This document shows, in pieces, positions 55,788-64,000 of a stretch of DNA of 64,000 bases. Numbering within the stretch: position 1 is the stretch's first letter; each line of letters opens with the position of its first letter. Made by a program: the position numbers and the translations under genes. Where the stretch lies: the IMG/VR virus record IMGVR_UViG_3300035670_005636; one strand, 5' to 3'. Origin of the DNA: an uncultured virus (IMG/VR IMGVR_UViG_3300035670_005636). Lineage: Duplodnaviria; Heunggongvirae; Uroviricota; Caudoviricetes. Under the pieces are notes generated by a model, which searched no databases, was not told the DNA's origin, and saw nothing but the letters and a program-made list of their open reading frames with translations.

Positions 55788-57683
55788 ATGGCAATTAGCT
55801 TAATTTCACCTGGAATTAAAATCACAGAGAGAGATTTTATTTCAGTTGCGCCAACTGGAGGTACATCTGCAGGTGCGTTTGCCGGTCAATTTCGTTGGGG
55901 TCCAGTCGAAGAAAGAGTCCAAGTTCCAAGCGAAAACGAACTTGTAGTTAGATTTGGAAAACCAAATGCAACAAACGTTGTTGATTTTTTATCAGCAGCA
56001 AACTTCCTCAGTTATTCAGCAAACCTTTATGTTGTTCGTGTAGCAAACACCGCTCTAAATGCTACAGCATCAAATACAACAGCAGACTCAGCAAATGCTG
56101 GCACCGGTGTTTTGATCAAAAACCGTGACACTTATGATGCAACAGCATCTTTTGATAACGGTCCTTGGGCAGCAAGATGTGCTGGAGCATTAGGAAATTC
56201 TCTCAAAGTTTCTCTATGCCCATCCGCAACTGCTTGGTCATCAAGTTTAACAGGAACATTTACTGTATCAGCAGGTACGACAGCGGTTGTAGGATCAGGT
56301 TCAGCAGCGAACACCGAACTTCGTGTTGGTGATTATTTCGTTGCAGGTGGTCGTTCACTTAAAGTTGCTTCTATTACAAACACCACACACTTCACGCTTG
56401 CAACAGCACATCCTGATGGTGTATCAGCAGGCTCATCAGCAACACGCCGTTGGGAATACTATGATGAATTCTCAGATGCACCAGGAACTTCAGCGGATGC
56501 GACACTTAAGGGTGCAACAAATGATGAATTGCATGTTGTTGTAGTTGACGAAGATGGTCAATTTACAAACACACCAGGTTTAGTTCTTGAAAAATTTGAA
56601 GGTCTTTCTAAAGGATCTGATGCAAGATCACCTGATGGTGGTGGTAATTACTACAAAGACATCATCAACAATACATCAAAGTATATTTGGTGGACTGATC
56701 ATGATAATGCAGGATCAAATTGGGGTACCGCTCTACTAGGTGTAACATACACGGCAGTTACAGTTCCTAAAACATATAGTCTTGCTGGTGGTTCAGATGG
56801 CAATGCACTTACAAATGGTGATCGTTTAATCGGTTATGATTTGTTTGAAAGTAAAGATACCGTATCAATTTCAGCAGTCATTGCAGGCCAAGCAGCAAAT
56901 ACGGTAGTCAATACATTGATTGCTGATTTAGGCGAAGCAAGAAGAGATTGTGTTGTATGTTTTTCACCACCTAGAACAGCAGTAGTAAACAATGCAGGTA
57001 GCGAAACTTCAGCAATTGAAACATGGGCAGGATCAATCACACGTTCTACATACGGTGTTGCAGACAGCGGTTGGAAATATCAATATGATCGTTATAACGA
57101 TACATATGTTTATGTACCATTGAACGCAGACGTTGCAGGATGTATTGCAAGAAATGATAACATTCGTGATCCTTGGGTTTCACCAGCAGGCATTACAAAT
57201 GGTGTTATCAACAATGCAATCAAACTTTCATGGAATCCAAATCAATTAAATAGAGATGCACTCTACAAGATTGGTGTAAATCCTGTTATCAATCAGACAG
57301 CGAGAGGAACAATTCTCTATGGTGACAAGACTTTTATTACAAAAGCGCAGTCACTAAGCAGAGTAAATGTTCGCAAACTTTTCATTGAATTACAGAAAAC
57401 AATCGGTGCAACAGCAGAAAATATTCTGTTCGAACAGAATGATGCGAGAACAAGAGCAACATTTGTGAATCTTGTAACACCTTACTTAAGAACTGTAAAA
57501 GCAAGAAGAGGTGTTGTAGACTTTAGAGTTATCTGTAATGAAACAAATAACACTGAAGACATCGTAAATGCTAACGGCTTTGTCGCTGACATCTTTGTTC
57601 AACCAATCGGATCAATCAACTTTATTCAATTGAATTTTGTTTCTGTTAGAGGCACCGCCGCTTTCGCTGAAATTGGCGCCTAA
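55788..57683 (+). CDS. 18: tail sheath protein (gp18)
   Basis: 'SPG..ITE.D', 'F.WGP', 'DSGWKYQYDRYND', 'W.SPAG', 'R.NVR.LF', 'SINFI.LNFV'. Confidence 0.97.
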   Translation: MAISLISPGIKITERDFISVAPTGGTSAGAFAGQFRWGPVEERVQVPSENELVVRFGKPNATNVVDFLSAANFLSYSANLYVVRVANTALNATASNTTADSANAGTGVLIKNRDTYDATASFDNGPWAARCAGALGNSLKVSLCPSATAWSSSLTGTFTVSAGTTAVVGSGSAANTELRVGDYFVAGGRSLKVASITNTTHFTLATAHPDGVSAGSSATRRWEYYDEFSDAPGTSADATLKGATNDELHVVVVDEDGQFTNTPGLVLEKFEGLSKGSDARSPDGGGNYYKDIINNTSKYIWWTDHDNAGSNWGTALLGVTYTAVTVPKTYSLAGGSDGNALTNGDRLIGYDLFESKDTVSISAVIAGQAANTVVNTLIADLGEARRDCVVCFSPPRTAVVNNAGSETSAIETWAGSITRSTYGVADSGWKYQYDRYNDTYVYVPLNADVAGCIARNDNIRDPWVSPAGITNGVINNAIKLSWNPNQLNRDALYKIGVNPVINQTARGTILYGDKTFITKAQSLSRVNVRKLFIELQKTIGATAENILFEQNDARTRATFVNLVTPYLRTVKARRGVVDFRVICNETNNTEDIVNANGFVADIFVQPIGSINFIQLNFVSVRGTAAFAEIGA

Positions 57684-57709
57684 ATAGAAATTGAATAAAG
57701 GAGAATAAA

Positions 57710-58264
57710 ATGGCATTTACAATTGAAGAATTCAGAAAGGCACTAGGAGCAGGTTCACGTCCGAACCTGTTTTTAGTCAAAGTAACAGCACCAGAGGGTT
57801 ATGATTTTGATGGATTTGAATATGTTTGCCGTGCAGCGTCATTACCTTCGTCTACAATAGGACTCATTGATATTCCAATGAATGGTGGTAGAAGACTGAA
57901 AATGGGTGGTGCACGACAGTTTACGGAATGGACAACAACCGTGTTGAATGATGAGAATTTTTATATTCGATCAAGACTTGAACAGTGGCAAGCAGATTTA
58001 GCAAAAACAAACTTTAATTTATTAACAGTTGGTAATAGAACTGTTGGAGAAGGAACTATTGTTAGTGGCACAGTTGAAGTTTATCAACTCAATGCGGATG
58101 GTGAAACCGTAGGCGATCAAACTGAATATAAACTCATTAATTGCTGGCCGAGTGATCTATCAACTTTAGATTTGTCGTATGATTCAGTAGACGTTGTTGA
58201 AGAATTTACTGTGACTTGGACATATGATTATTATTTACAGGGCGATAACGCCGCACTATCATAA
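57710..58264 (+). CDS. 19: tail tube protein (gp19), copy 1
   Basis: 'G.RPNLF.V', 'CRAASLP', 'W..TV.NDE.F.IR', 'WPS.LS..DLSYD....EEF.VT'. Confidence 0.9.
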   Translation: MAFTIEEFRKALGAGSRPNLFLVKVTAPEGYDFDGFEYVCRAASLPSSTIGLIDIPMNGGRRLKMGGARQFTEWTTTVLNDENFYIRSRLEQWQADLAKTNFNLLTVGNRTVGEGTIVSGTVEVYQLNADGETVGDQTEYKLINCWPSDLSTLDLSYDSVDVVEEFTVTWTYDYYLQGDNAALS

Positions 58265-58276
58265 AAGGAAATTAAT

Positions 58277-58888
58277 ATGGCCCTTTCAACAATTGCTAAT
58301 TTAAGAAGTCAGTTAGGCATAGGTTCAAGACCCAATCTATTTGAAATAGAATTTCATTGGCCAAGTGCTTTATCACAAAGTGCGCCATCATCAATTCTAG
58401 ACCAATCATTATATCTTTGTAAGGCTGCTGCAATTCCTGCATTTACGATTGGAGTAATTGAAGTTCCTTATCGTGGCGGTAGAAGAATTAAAGTTCCTGG
58501 TGATAGATCATTTGGTGACTGGACAGCAACATTTATTTCCGATGATGTCCATGCTTTACGTGGAGCTTTTAAAGCATGGCTTGATTATATTGAATTAAAT
58601 GACTTTAATGATGAAGCACTCAGACCTTCTGGTGGTGAAGGTTTTGATTATCTTGCGGATTTAACAGTAAAACATTTAAAACAAAACAGTGATATATCTA
58701 GATATTATAAACTTTTTGACTGTTTTCCTACGGATGTAAGTGCGATTGATTTATCATTTGATTCTACTGATACGCTTTCAGAATTTACTGTAACGTTCCA
58801 GTATCATACAATGACTGCATCTTCAGCATCGACTCCAGATTCTGAAACCCAAGTCGATTCTGCGTCGGCAGTATCTCTAGCAACATAA
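58277..58888 (+). CDS. tail tube protein (gp19-like), copy 2
   Basis: 'GSRPNLFE', 'CKAAAIP...IG.IEVPYRG', 'GDRSF.DW', 'FPT.VSAIDLSFD.....EF.VTFQY'. Confidence 0.88.
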   Translation: MALSTIANLRSQLGIGSRPNLFEIEFHWPSALSQSAPSSILDQSLYLCKAAAIPAFTIGVIEVPYRGGRRIKVPGDRSFGDWTATFISDDVHALRGAFKAWLDYIELNDFNDEALRPSGGEGFDYLADLTVKHLKQNSDISRYYKLFDCFPTDVSAIDLSFDSTDTLSEFTVTFQYHTMTASSASTPDSETQVDSASAVSLAT

Positions 58889-58934
58889 TTAAAACTTTTC
58901 GCAACGAATAAATAGTTGCGTAATAGTTATCAAC

Positions 58935-58961
58935 AAAGGGAAGCTATTACGCTTCCCTTTT
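58935..58961 (+). terminator. hairpin terminator between tube genes and portal
   Basis: AAAGGGAAGC-TATTAC-GCTTCCCTTT(T). Confidence 0.7.
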
Positions 58962-58981
58962 ACATTTAATAAGAGAGAAAA

Positions 58982-60640
58982 ATGGCCATAAAGTTATTTG
59001 GTTTTAAAATTGGAAAAGATGAGCCAGAACAATCGCAACCGCAGTCGTTTGTTCCTAAAGCTGAAGATGATGGCGCAGTTGCCATATCAGCGGGTGGTGT
59101 TTATGGAACTTATGTTGACTTAGAAGGTCAGATACGATCCGACTCTGAACTTATCAATAAGTACCGTGAAATGTCATTGCAGCCAGAATGTGATTTAGCC
59201 ATTGATGACATTGTAAACGAAGCAATTGTATACGAAGAGCATAAGTATCCTGTTGAAATTGTTCTAGATGAACTCAAACAACCTGAGTCAATCAAAAAGA
59301 AAATTCGTGATGAATATTCACACATTATGAAACTTCTTGATTTCAATAACATGGGATATGATATCTTTCGCCGTTGGTACATTGATGGTCGGTTATACTA
59401 TCATATGATTATTGATGAAAAGAATCCACGATTAGGTCTTCGTGAGATCCGATACATTGATCCACGAAAGATTCGCAAAGTGCGTGAATCCGTCAAGAAG
59501 AAAGATCCAACTGGTGTTGCACAGATTTATACTAAACCTAATGAGTATTATATTTTTTCAGACAAAGGTTTTGCAAAAGATGGTGCACAGGGTCTTAAGA
59601 TAGCAGCAGATTCGGTATGTTATGTTCATTGCGGTCAGTTTGACAAAGATGGTAAAGTTGTTATATCGCATCTTCATAAAGCAATCAAGCCACTCAATCA
59701 ATTAAGAATGCTTGAAGATGCTACAGTCATTTATAGAATTTCAAGAGCACCTGAACGAAGAATCTTTTACATTGATGTTGGTAATTTACCAAAAATGAAA
59801 GCAGAGCAATATCTCCGTGAGATGATGCAAAAATATAAGAACAAACTTGTATATGATGCTCAGACAGGTGAGATTCGTGATGATAGAAGATTTCAGACGA
59901 TGCTTGAAGATTTTTGGTTACCACGAAGAGAAGGTGGTAAAGGTACAGAAATCTCTACACTTGCAGGTGGTCAAAACTTAGGCGAGATTGAAGACGTTCT
60001 ATATTTTCAAAAGAAACTTTATAAATCATTGAACGTACCAATTTCAAGATTAGAGTCGGACCAAGGTTTCTCTTTAGGTCGTGCAAGTGAAATCTCCAGA
60101 GATGAAATCAAGTTTTCAAAATTCGTATCAAGATTACGTTTACGCTTTACACATTTGTTTGATAAACTTTTGGAAACACAATTACTTCTAAAAGGTGTAT
60201 GTACCAGAGCAGAATGGCTTCAACTCAAAGAAGAAATCAATTATGATTTTATTTCTGATTCATATTTTGTAGAACTTAAACAATCTGAAATTATGAAAGA
60301 TAGACTTGGATTGTTGGGTGAAATTGATCCGTATGTGGGCAAATATTTTTCCGTTGCTTATATTCGCAAGAACATTCTTCGGCAGTCTGAAGATGAAATT
60401 AAAGACATGGACAAAGAAATGGAAGAAGACAAAGCAAATATGGAAGATGAACCAATGGAGCCACCGCAACCTGCTCCACCTCCACCACCTCCACAAGAAG
60501 TTGTCGTGAGTGTAAAGAAAGAGGAATATAGTTCTAATAACACATTTGATGATACAGACCAAAAAGAGTTAGCTAAATCTATGACACGTTTTTTTGAAAC
60601 ACTAACTGAAGAGACAAAGAGTGAGCGAGGAGAAAAGTAA
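58982..60640 (+). CDS. 20: portal vertex protein (gp20)
   Basis: 'IFRRWYIDGR', 'YIDPRKI', 'IYRISRAPERRIFYIDVGNLPK.KAEQY', 'EDFWLPRREGGKGTEI'. Confidence 0.98.
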   Translation: MAIKLFGFKIGKDEPEQSQPQSFVPKAEDDGAVAISAGGVYGTYVDLEGQIRSDSELINKYREMSLQPECDLAIDDIVNEAIVYEEHKYPVEIVLDELKQPESIKKKIRDEYSHIMKLLDFNNMGYDIFRRWYIDGRLYYHMIIDEKNPRLGLREIRYIDPRKIRKVRESVKKKDPTGVAQIYTKPNEYYIFSDKGFAKDGAQGLKIAADSVCYVHCGQFDKDGKVVISHLHKAIKPLNQLRMLEDATVIYRISRAPERRIFYIDVGNLPKMKAEQYLREMMQKYKNKLVYDAQTGEIRDDRRFQTMLEDFWLPRREGGKGTEISTLAGGQNLGEIEDVLYFQKKLYKSLNVPISRLESDQGFSLGRASEISRDEIKFSKFVSRLRLRFTHLFDKLLETQLLLKGVCTRAEWLQLKEEINYDFISDSYFVELKQSEIMKDRLGLLGEIDPYVGKYFSVAYIRKNILRQSEDEIKDMDKEMEEDKANMEDEPMEPPQPAPPPPPPQEVVVSVKKEEYSSNNTFDDTDQKELAKSMTRFFETLTEETKSERGEK

Positions 60641-62111
60641 ACTCACGGAGAATGCTCTTGCTGTAGTAACATCAATCGCATATACTAAAAAAGAGATTGG
60701 TAAACTACAGGAAAAAATAAATTCTCTTTCAACACAAAAAGAAATCCTAGAGATTGTAGGACCATCTGGCGAGCAAGGGCCACGTGGTCTTCCTGGGATT
60801 CAAGGTGAAAAAGGTGAGCGTGGTGATCCAGGCGAAAAGGGCGACAAAGGTGACACGGGATCACAAGGACCACAGGGCATTTCAGGCGCTAAAGGTGAAC
60901 AGGGTTATAAAGGTGATAAGGGTGACGTTGGTCCAGTTGGTCCGCAAGGCGAACAGGGCGTTCAAGGTCCACAGGGCGAGAAAGGTGACAAAGGAGACAA
61001 AGGTGATCCCGGCATAGATGGTGCGAAGGGTGAGCGTGGCGAAAAAGGTGATAAAGGTGATATCGGTCAAAGAGGTGAGAAGGGTGATAGAGGAGACCAA
61101 GGATTTCCTGGCAAAGATGGCAAATCTGGTAAAGACGGAAAAGATGGCAAGCAAGGTCCAAAAGGAGACAAAGGTGACGTAGGTCCTGCAGGAGCACAAG
61201 GTCCTCAAGGTGAAAAAGGTGATAAAGGAGAAAAAGGTGATCCCGGCGCAGATGCAGACTTCACTGCTATAGAAAAACAAATCAATGAATTTAAAGATGT
61301 TCTACAAAAAGATGTAACGCAATACAAAAACAAAGTCAATGCAGTCATCTCTAAAGGTTTCGGTGGAGGTGGTGGTGGATCTGGTGAAGTCAATCTTCGT
61401 TTTTTAGATGATGTTGATACAACAAATTTAACGAATAATTATTATTTAAAATATAACGCTACAACAGGTAAATTTGTATTCTCAGCAATATCAGTTGGTG
61501 GTGCTGACCAATCCTTAAATACAACAGATGCAGTAACATTTACAGGAATTACGATTACAGGTGATACAGTCAATGTAGGCTCTGCTATACTTACTGCAAA
61601 TGGATCATCGTTTGATTTGCCCGCTGGTACAACAATCGGTGGTACAACAATCACAGGCATAGATACCACTGCTAGAACAACTGCAAACTTAGCATACACT
61701 CAAGCGAACACTGCTACAACACTAGCACAAGCAGCATATGACGCAGCAAATAATGCTGGTGGTCAACCACACGAAGATGCGCTTGTTGTAACATTTAATA
61801 ATGATACAGGCAATGTGCATAAAATTGTAGCATTGAATGCTAATGGTGAAACGATTGTAGCAACAACAAAAAATATAGATTTCATTGATAGAATTGTTGG
61901 TATATTAGATTCTGATAATCATACCGTATCATTTGGTGTTATACAATATAACTCTTGGAGTTGGACACCAGAACAATCGTTGTTTTTAGGAGATAATGGA
62001 GATATCGTTACAACATCTACCATTGATGGTGCAGTCTTTTCATTGAAGGTTGGTTATGCAATCAATGCAACAAAGATATTTGTAAAGATTGGTACGCCTG
62101 TTATTTTATAA
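60621..62111 (+). CDS. collagen-like fibre protein
   Basis: About 55 uninterrupted Gly-X-Y triplets (about 60759-61253), then 'GGGGSGEVNLRFLDDVD' and beta-rich domains; GTG start. Confidence 0.85.
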   Translation: MSEEKSKLTENALAVVTSIAYTKKEIGKLQEKINSLSTQKEILEIVGPSGEQGPRGLPGIQGEKGERGDPGEKGDKGDTGSQGPQGISGAKGEQGYKGDKGDVGPVGPQGEQGVQGPQGEKGDKGDKGDPGIDGAKGERGEKGDKGDIGQRGEKGDRGDQGFPGKDGKSGKDGKDGKQGPKGDKGDVGPAGAQGPQGEKGDKGEKGDPGADADFTAIEKQINEFKDVLQKDVTQYKNKVNAVISKGFGGGGGGSGEVNLRFLDDVDTTNLTNNYYLKYNATTGKFVFSAISVGGADQSLNTTDAVTFTGITITGDTVNVGSAILTANGSSFDLPAGTTIGGTTITGIDTTARTTANLAYTQANTATTLAQAAYDAANNAGGQPHEDALVVTFNNDTGNVHKIVALNANGETIVATTKNIDFIDRIVGILDSDNHTVSFGVIQYNSWSWTPEQSLFLGDNGDIVTTSTIDGAVFSLKVGYAINATKIFVKIGTPVIL

Positions 62112-62114
62112 ATA
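62107..62114 (+). promoter_or_regulatory. T4-type late promoter
   Basis: TATAAATA overlapping the stop codon of the collagen gene. Confidence 0.7.
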
Positions 62115-62146
62115 GACAACAAAAATACTCTTTTTGGAGAACATGA

Positions 62147-62548
62147 ATGGCAAACGCATTATATCCTAAGGCTAAGGAAGCATTTCTAAATGCTGACATA
62201 GATTTAGCCGTTGATACAATTAAAATATCTTTGATAGATACCGGAGAATATACTTATGCAGCAACTCATCAATATAGAAGTGATGTTGCAAATGCTGCCG
62301 TTATTTCTACTGCTACACTGACAAATAAAACAACAGCAAACGGCATATTTGATGCTGACGATGCTTTGTTTACGTCCGTAACTGGAGCGAATGCTGAAGC
62401 ACTGATTATATTTCAAGACAGCGGAGTACAATCAACTTCAAGGCTTATCGCTTATATTGATAGTGCAACTGGTCTTCCTATTCTTCCTAACGGTGGTGAT
62501 ATTACAGTAGCATTCTCTAGCGGTTCTAACAAGATTTTCTCTCTCTAA
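62147..62548 (+). CDS. putative virion structural protein
   Basis: 'MANALYPKAKE.FL', 'FDADD', 'LPI.PNGGDIT..F...KIF.L'; GGAG SD; late promoter. Confidence 0.7.
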   Translation: MANALYPKAKEAFLNADIDLAVDTIKISLIDTGEYTYAATHQYRSDVANAAVISTATLTNKTTANGIFDADDALFTSVTGANAEALIIFQDSGVQSTSRLIAYIDSATGLPILPNGGDITVAFSSGSNKIFSL

Positions 62549-62560
62549 TCAAATAATATT

Positions 62561-63190
62561 ATGAGTCAGGTGATTGACCTTGATGTTCGAATTTCGAGTG
62601 TATCGAATACTGAACTTCAAACGTACTCAGCAAACTCAATCATAAGCGTAGTTGATGAATTAGACTACGCTATAGATCCTACATTAGTTTTTGGTATTGC
62701 TACACTTAATGCAACATTTACTTCCTTAGCAGATAGCATAGAGTCTACCAGTGCATTGTCTGTAGACCATATATTAAACTTCAAAATTTATCTCAATTCA
62801 GTGGATTCTGCGACAGCTTTTGGTTGGGATGATCCTCTACTGAATATGGAACTTACAAACGTTCCTGATCCAGAAATTTCATCAACAGTTATAATACCTA
62901 CACCAGATGTCAGAAAGGTTCTAGGACCTTTAAGTATTGCAACAACTGTTAATTTTGGATTACCATCTTTCACAGATAGTATTCACCGTCTTCTTATATT
63001 TAAAGATGATAACATTACAAAAGTTGGCAACACTGATGCTGTAGTTGTTGCAGGTGGTATACGAATCAATCCAAGCATTGCAAAGACTGAAACTGCTGAA
63101 GCTGGCAGTGCAACACTACCTTCAAATCCAGTTGGTTTCTTGTCAGTGAATATTGATGGAAATGACTATAAAATACCATATTACAACTAA
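62561..63190 (+). CDS. putative virion structural protein
   Basis: 209 aa; C-terminal 'ATLPSNPVGFLSVNIDG..YKIPYY' resembles a fibre-type terminus. Confidence 0.6.
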   Translation: MSQVIDLDVRISSVSNTELQTYSANSIISVVDELDYAIDPTLVFGIATLNATFTSLADSIESTSALSVDHILNFKIYLNSVDSATAFGWDDPLLNMELTNVPDPEISSTVIIPTPDVRKVLGPLSIATTVNFGLPSFTDSIHRLLIFKDDNITKVGNTDAVVVAGGIRINPSIAKTETAEAGSATLPSNPVGFLSVNIDGNDYKIPYYN

Positions 63191-63194
63191 AAAT

Positions 63195-63202
63195 TATAAA
63201 TA
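63195..63202 (+). promoter_or_regulatory. T4-type late promoter
   Basis: TATAAATA upstream of the ORF at 63223. Confidence 0.8.
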
Positions 63203-63222
63203 CATGAAACAGGAGAAATATT

Positions 63223-63441
63223 ATGGAACATATTAAAAGTGCTTTGCAATTTGCAGCGGATTCAAATGCTCTAGAATTTAAAAATTCAATTCTTTCAGCG
63301 TTACAAGATAAAGTACAAGATGCACTTCATTTGAAGAAAATGGAAATAGGTTCAAATATGTTTGCTGAGCCTGAAGAACTAGACCAAGAAGAAACCACAG
63401 ACCAATTAGATCAAGAGGAAAATGTAGATGAAAACCTTTAA
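63223..63441 (+). CDS. prohead core protein (gp67-like)
   Basis: Small protein with acidic tail, downstream of the portal region; 'F...L..KV..AL..KK.EI'. Confidence 0.65.
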   Translation: MEHIKSALQFAADSNALEFKNSILSALQDKVQDALHLKKMEIGSNMFAEPEELDQEETTDQLDQEENVDENL

Positions 63442-64000
63442 GTCGTTTATCGGACCAGTGAATGAGTTAGAGACAATCAAACTCAAGCCTAAAAAAGAGC
63501 AAGAGATTGTTGATAAAACTTACATGGCGCAAGTCAAAGATCCTGGTGATCTTGAAGACGTTGGTCCTGAAGAGGTTGGTCCAACAGGTGTCAAAGCAGG
63601 TTCAGGAAAGAGGCCAGCGGATCGCTTAGACAATAAGCAAGCGTTTGGTGAAGCCGAAAGTCATCAAGCAAAAACTACCATGAAACATATCAGTAAGCCA
63701 ACAGCAGGTGAGAAAAAGGCTGCTAAAGACATCAAGCCTGGTATTGCTGGGTACCGTGATAGAATTGCTATGCTTAAATCAGCAAAAGCAAGAGGCGCTT
63801 TGAAGGAAGATGAAACAGAAATTGAAGAAGCAGACTTTACTAAGCAACAGACAAAAATGGCTCACACCATTGGTAAAGAATTTGAAAAGAAGGGTGTAGG
63901 AGACAAATACAAAGGTGGTCCATATGCAGTTGCAACAGCAATGGTACGTGATAAGCCAGAAGCAGCAGCAAAAGCATACAAGACAATCAAAGGTAAGATG
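63428..64000 (+). CDS. hypothetical Lys/Glu-rich head-region protein, 3'-truncated by the window
   Basis: Open frame from ATG 63428 (MKTFKSFIGPVNELETIKLKPKK...) to the window end. Confidence 0.7.
   Translation, partial: MKTFKSFIGPVNELETIKLKPKKEQEIVDKTYMAQVKDPGDLEDVGPEEVGPTGVKAGSGKRPADRLDNKQAFGEAESHQAKTTMKHISKPTAGEKKAAKDIKPGIAGYRDRIAMLKSAKARGALKEDETEIEEADFTKQQTKMAHTIGKEFEKKGVGDKYKGGPYAVATAMVRDKPEAAAKAYKTIKGKM

Noticed and set aside
54065..60640. Inteins, introns or homing endonucleases in terminase, sheath or portal
   Set aside because: ORFs are continuous and of ordinary length, with no LAGLIDADG, HNH, GIY-YIG or intein motifs seen.
60685..61699. Alternative-frame and antisense ORFs over the collagen gene
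   Set aside because: By-products of the Gly-X-Y periodicity.
1..64000. Stop-codon recoding
   Set aside because: Core genes translate full-length in the standard code with tight packing.

Overview
AT-rich segment of a large T4-like myovirus genome; no tRNA, rRNA, CRISPR array or mobile element was seen. From left to right: (1) a sugar-nucleotide/glycosyltransferase cluster (1-5405); (2) a SleB-type cell-wall hydrolase plus gp33, gp59 and gp32; (3) a minus-strand block with a 1717-aa tape-measure-like protein carrying a lysozyme domain, a holin, gp51, gp26, gp54-like, gp2 and gp4; (4) baseplate genes (gp48, 53, 27, 5, 25, 6, 7, 8), a 2137-aa virion protein and a tail fibre; (5) a ~14 kb accessory island (37.2-51.3 kb); (6) neck, terminase, sheath, two tail-tube paralogues, portal, a collagen fibre and prohead genes. 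The island is the most striking part. Two triplets of six-repeat Kelch-like propeller genes (36 blades, near-constant framework, hypervariable Pro-rich loops) bracket a set of modifying enzymes: sulfotransferase, four 2OG-Fe(II) oxygenase domains, glycosyltransferase, NDP-sugar reductase and methyltransferase, with an APS-kinase/nucleotidyltransferase fusion just after the second triplet. The enzyme block starts at a perfect sigma70 promoter. I infer a diversified and chemically decorated receptor-binding/virion-surface system. All product calls come from motif recognition and T4 synteny, not database searches.
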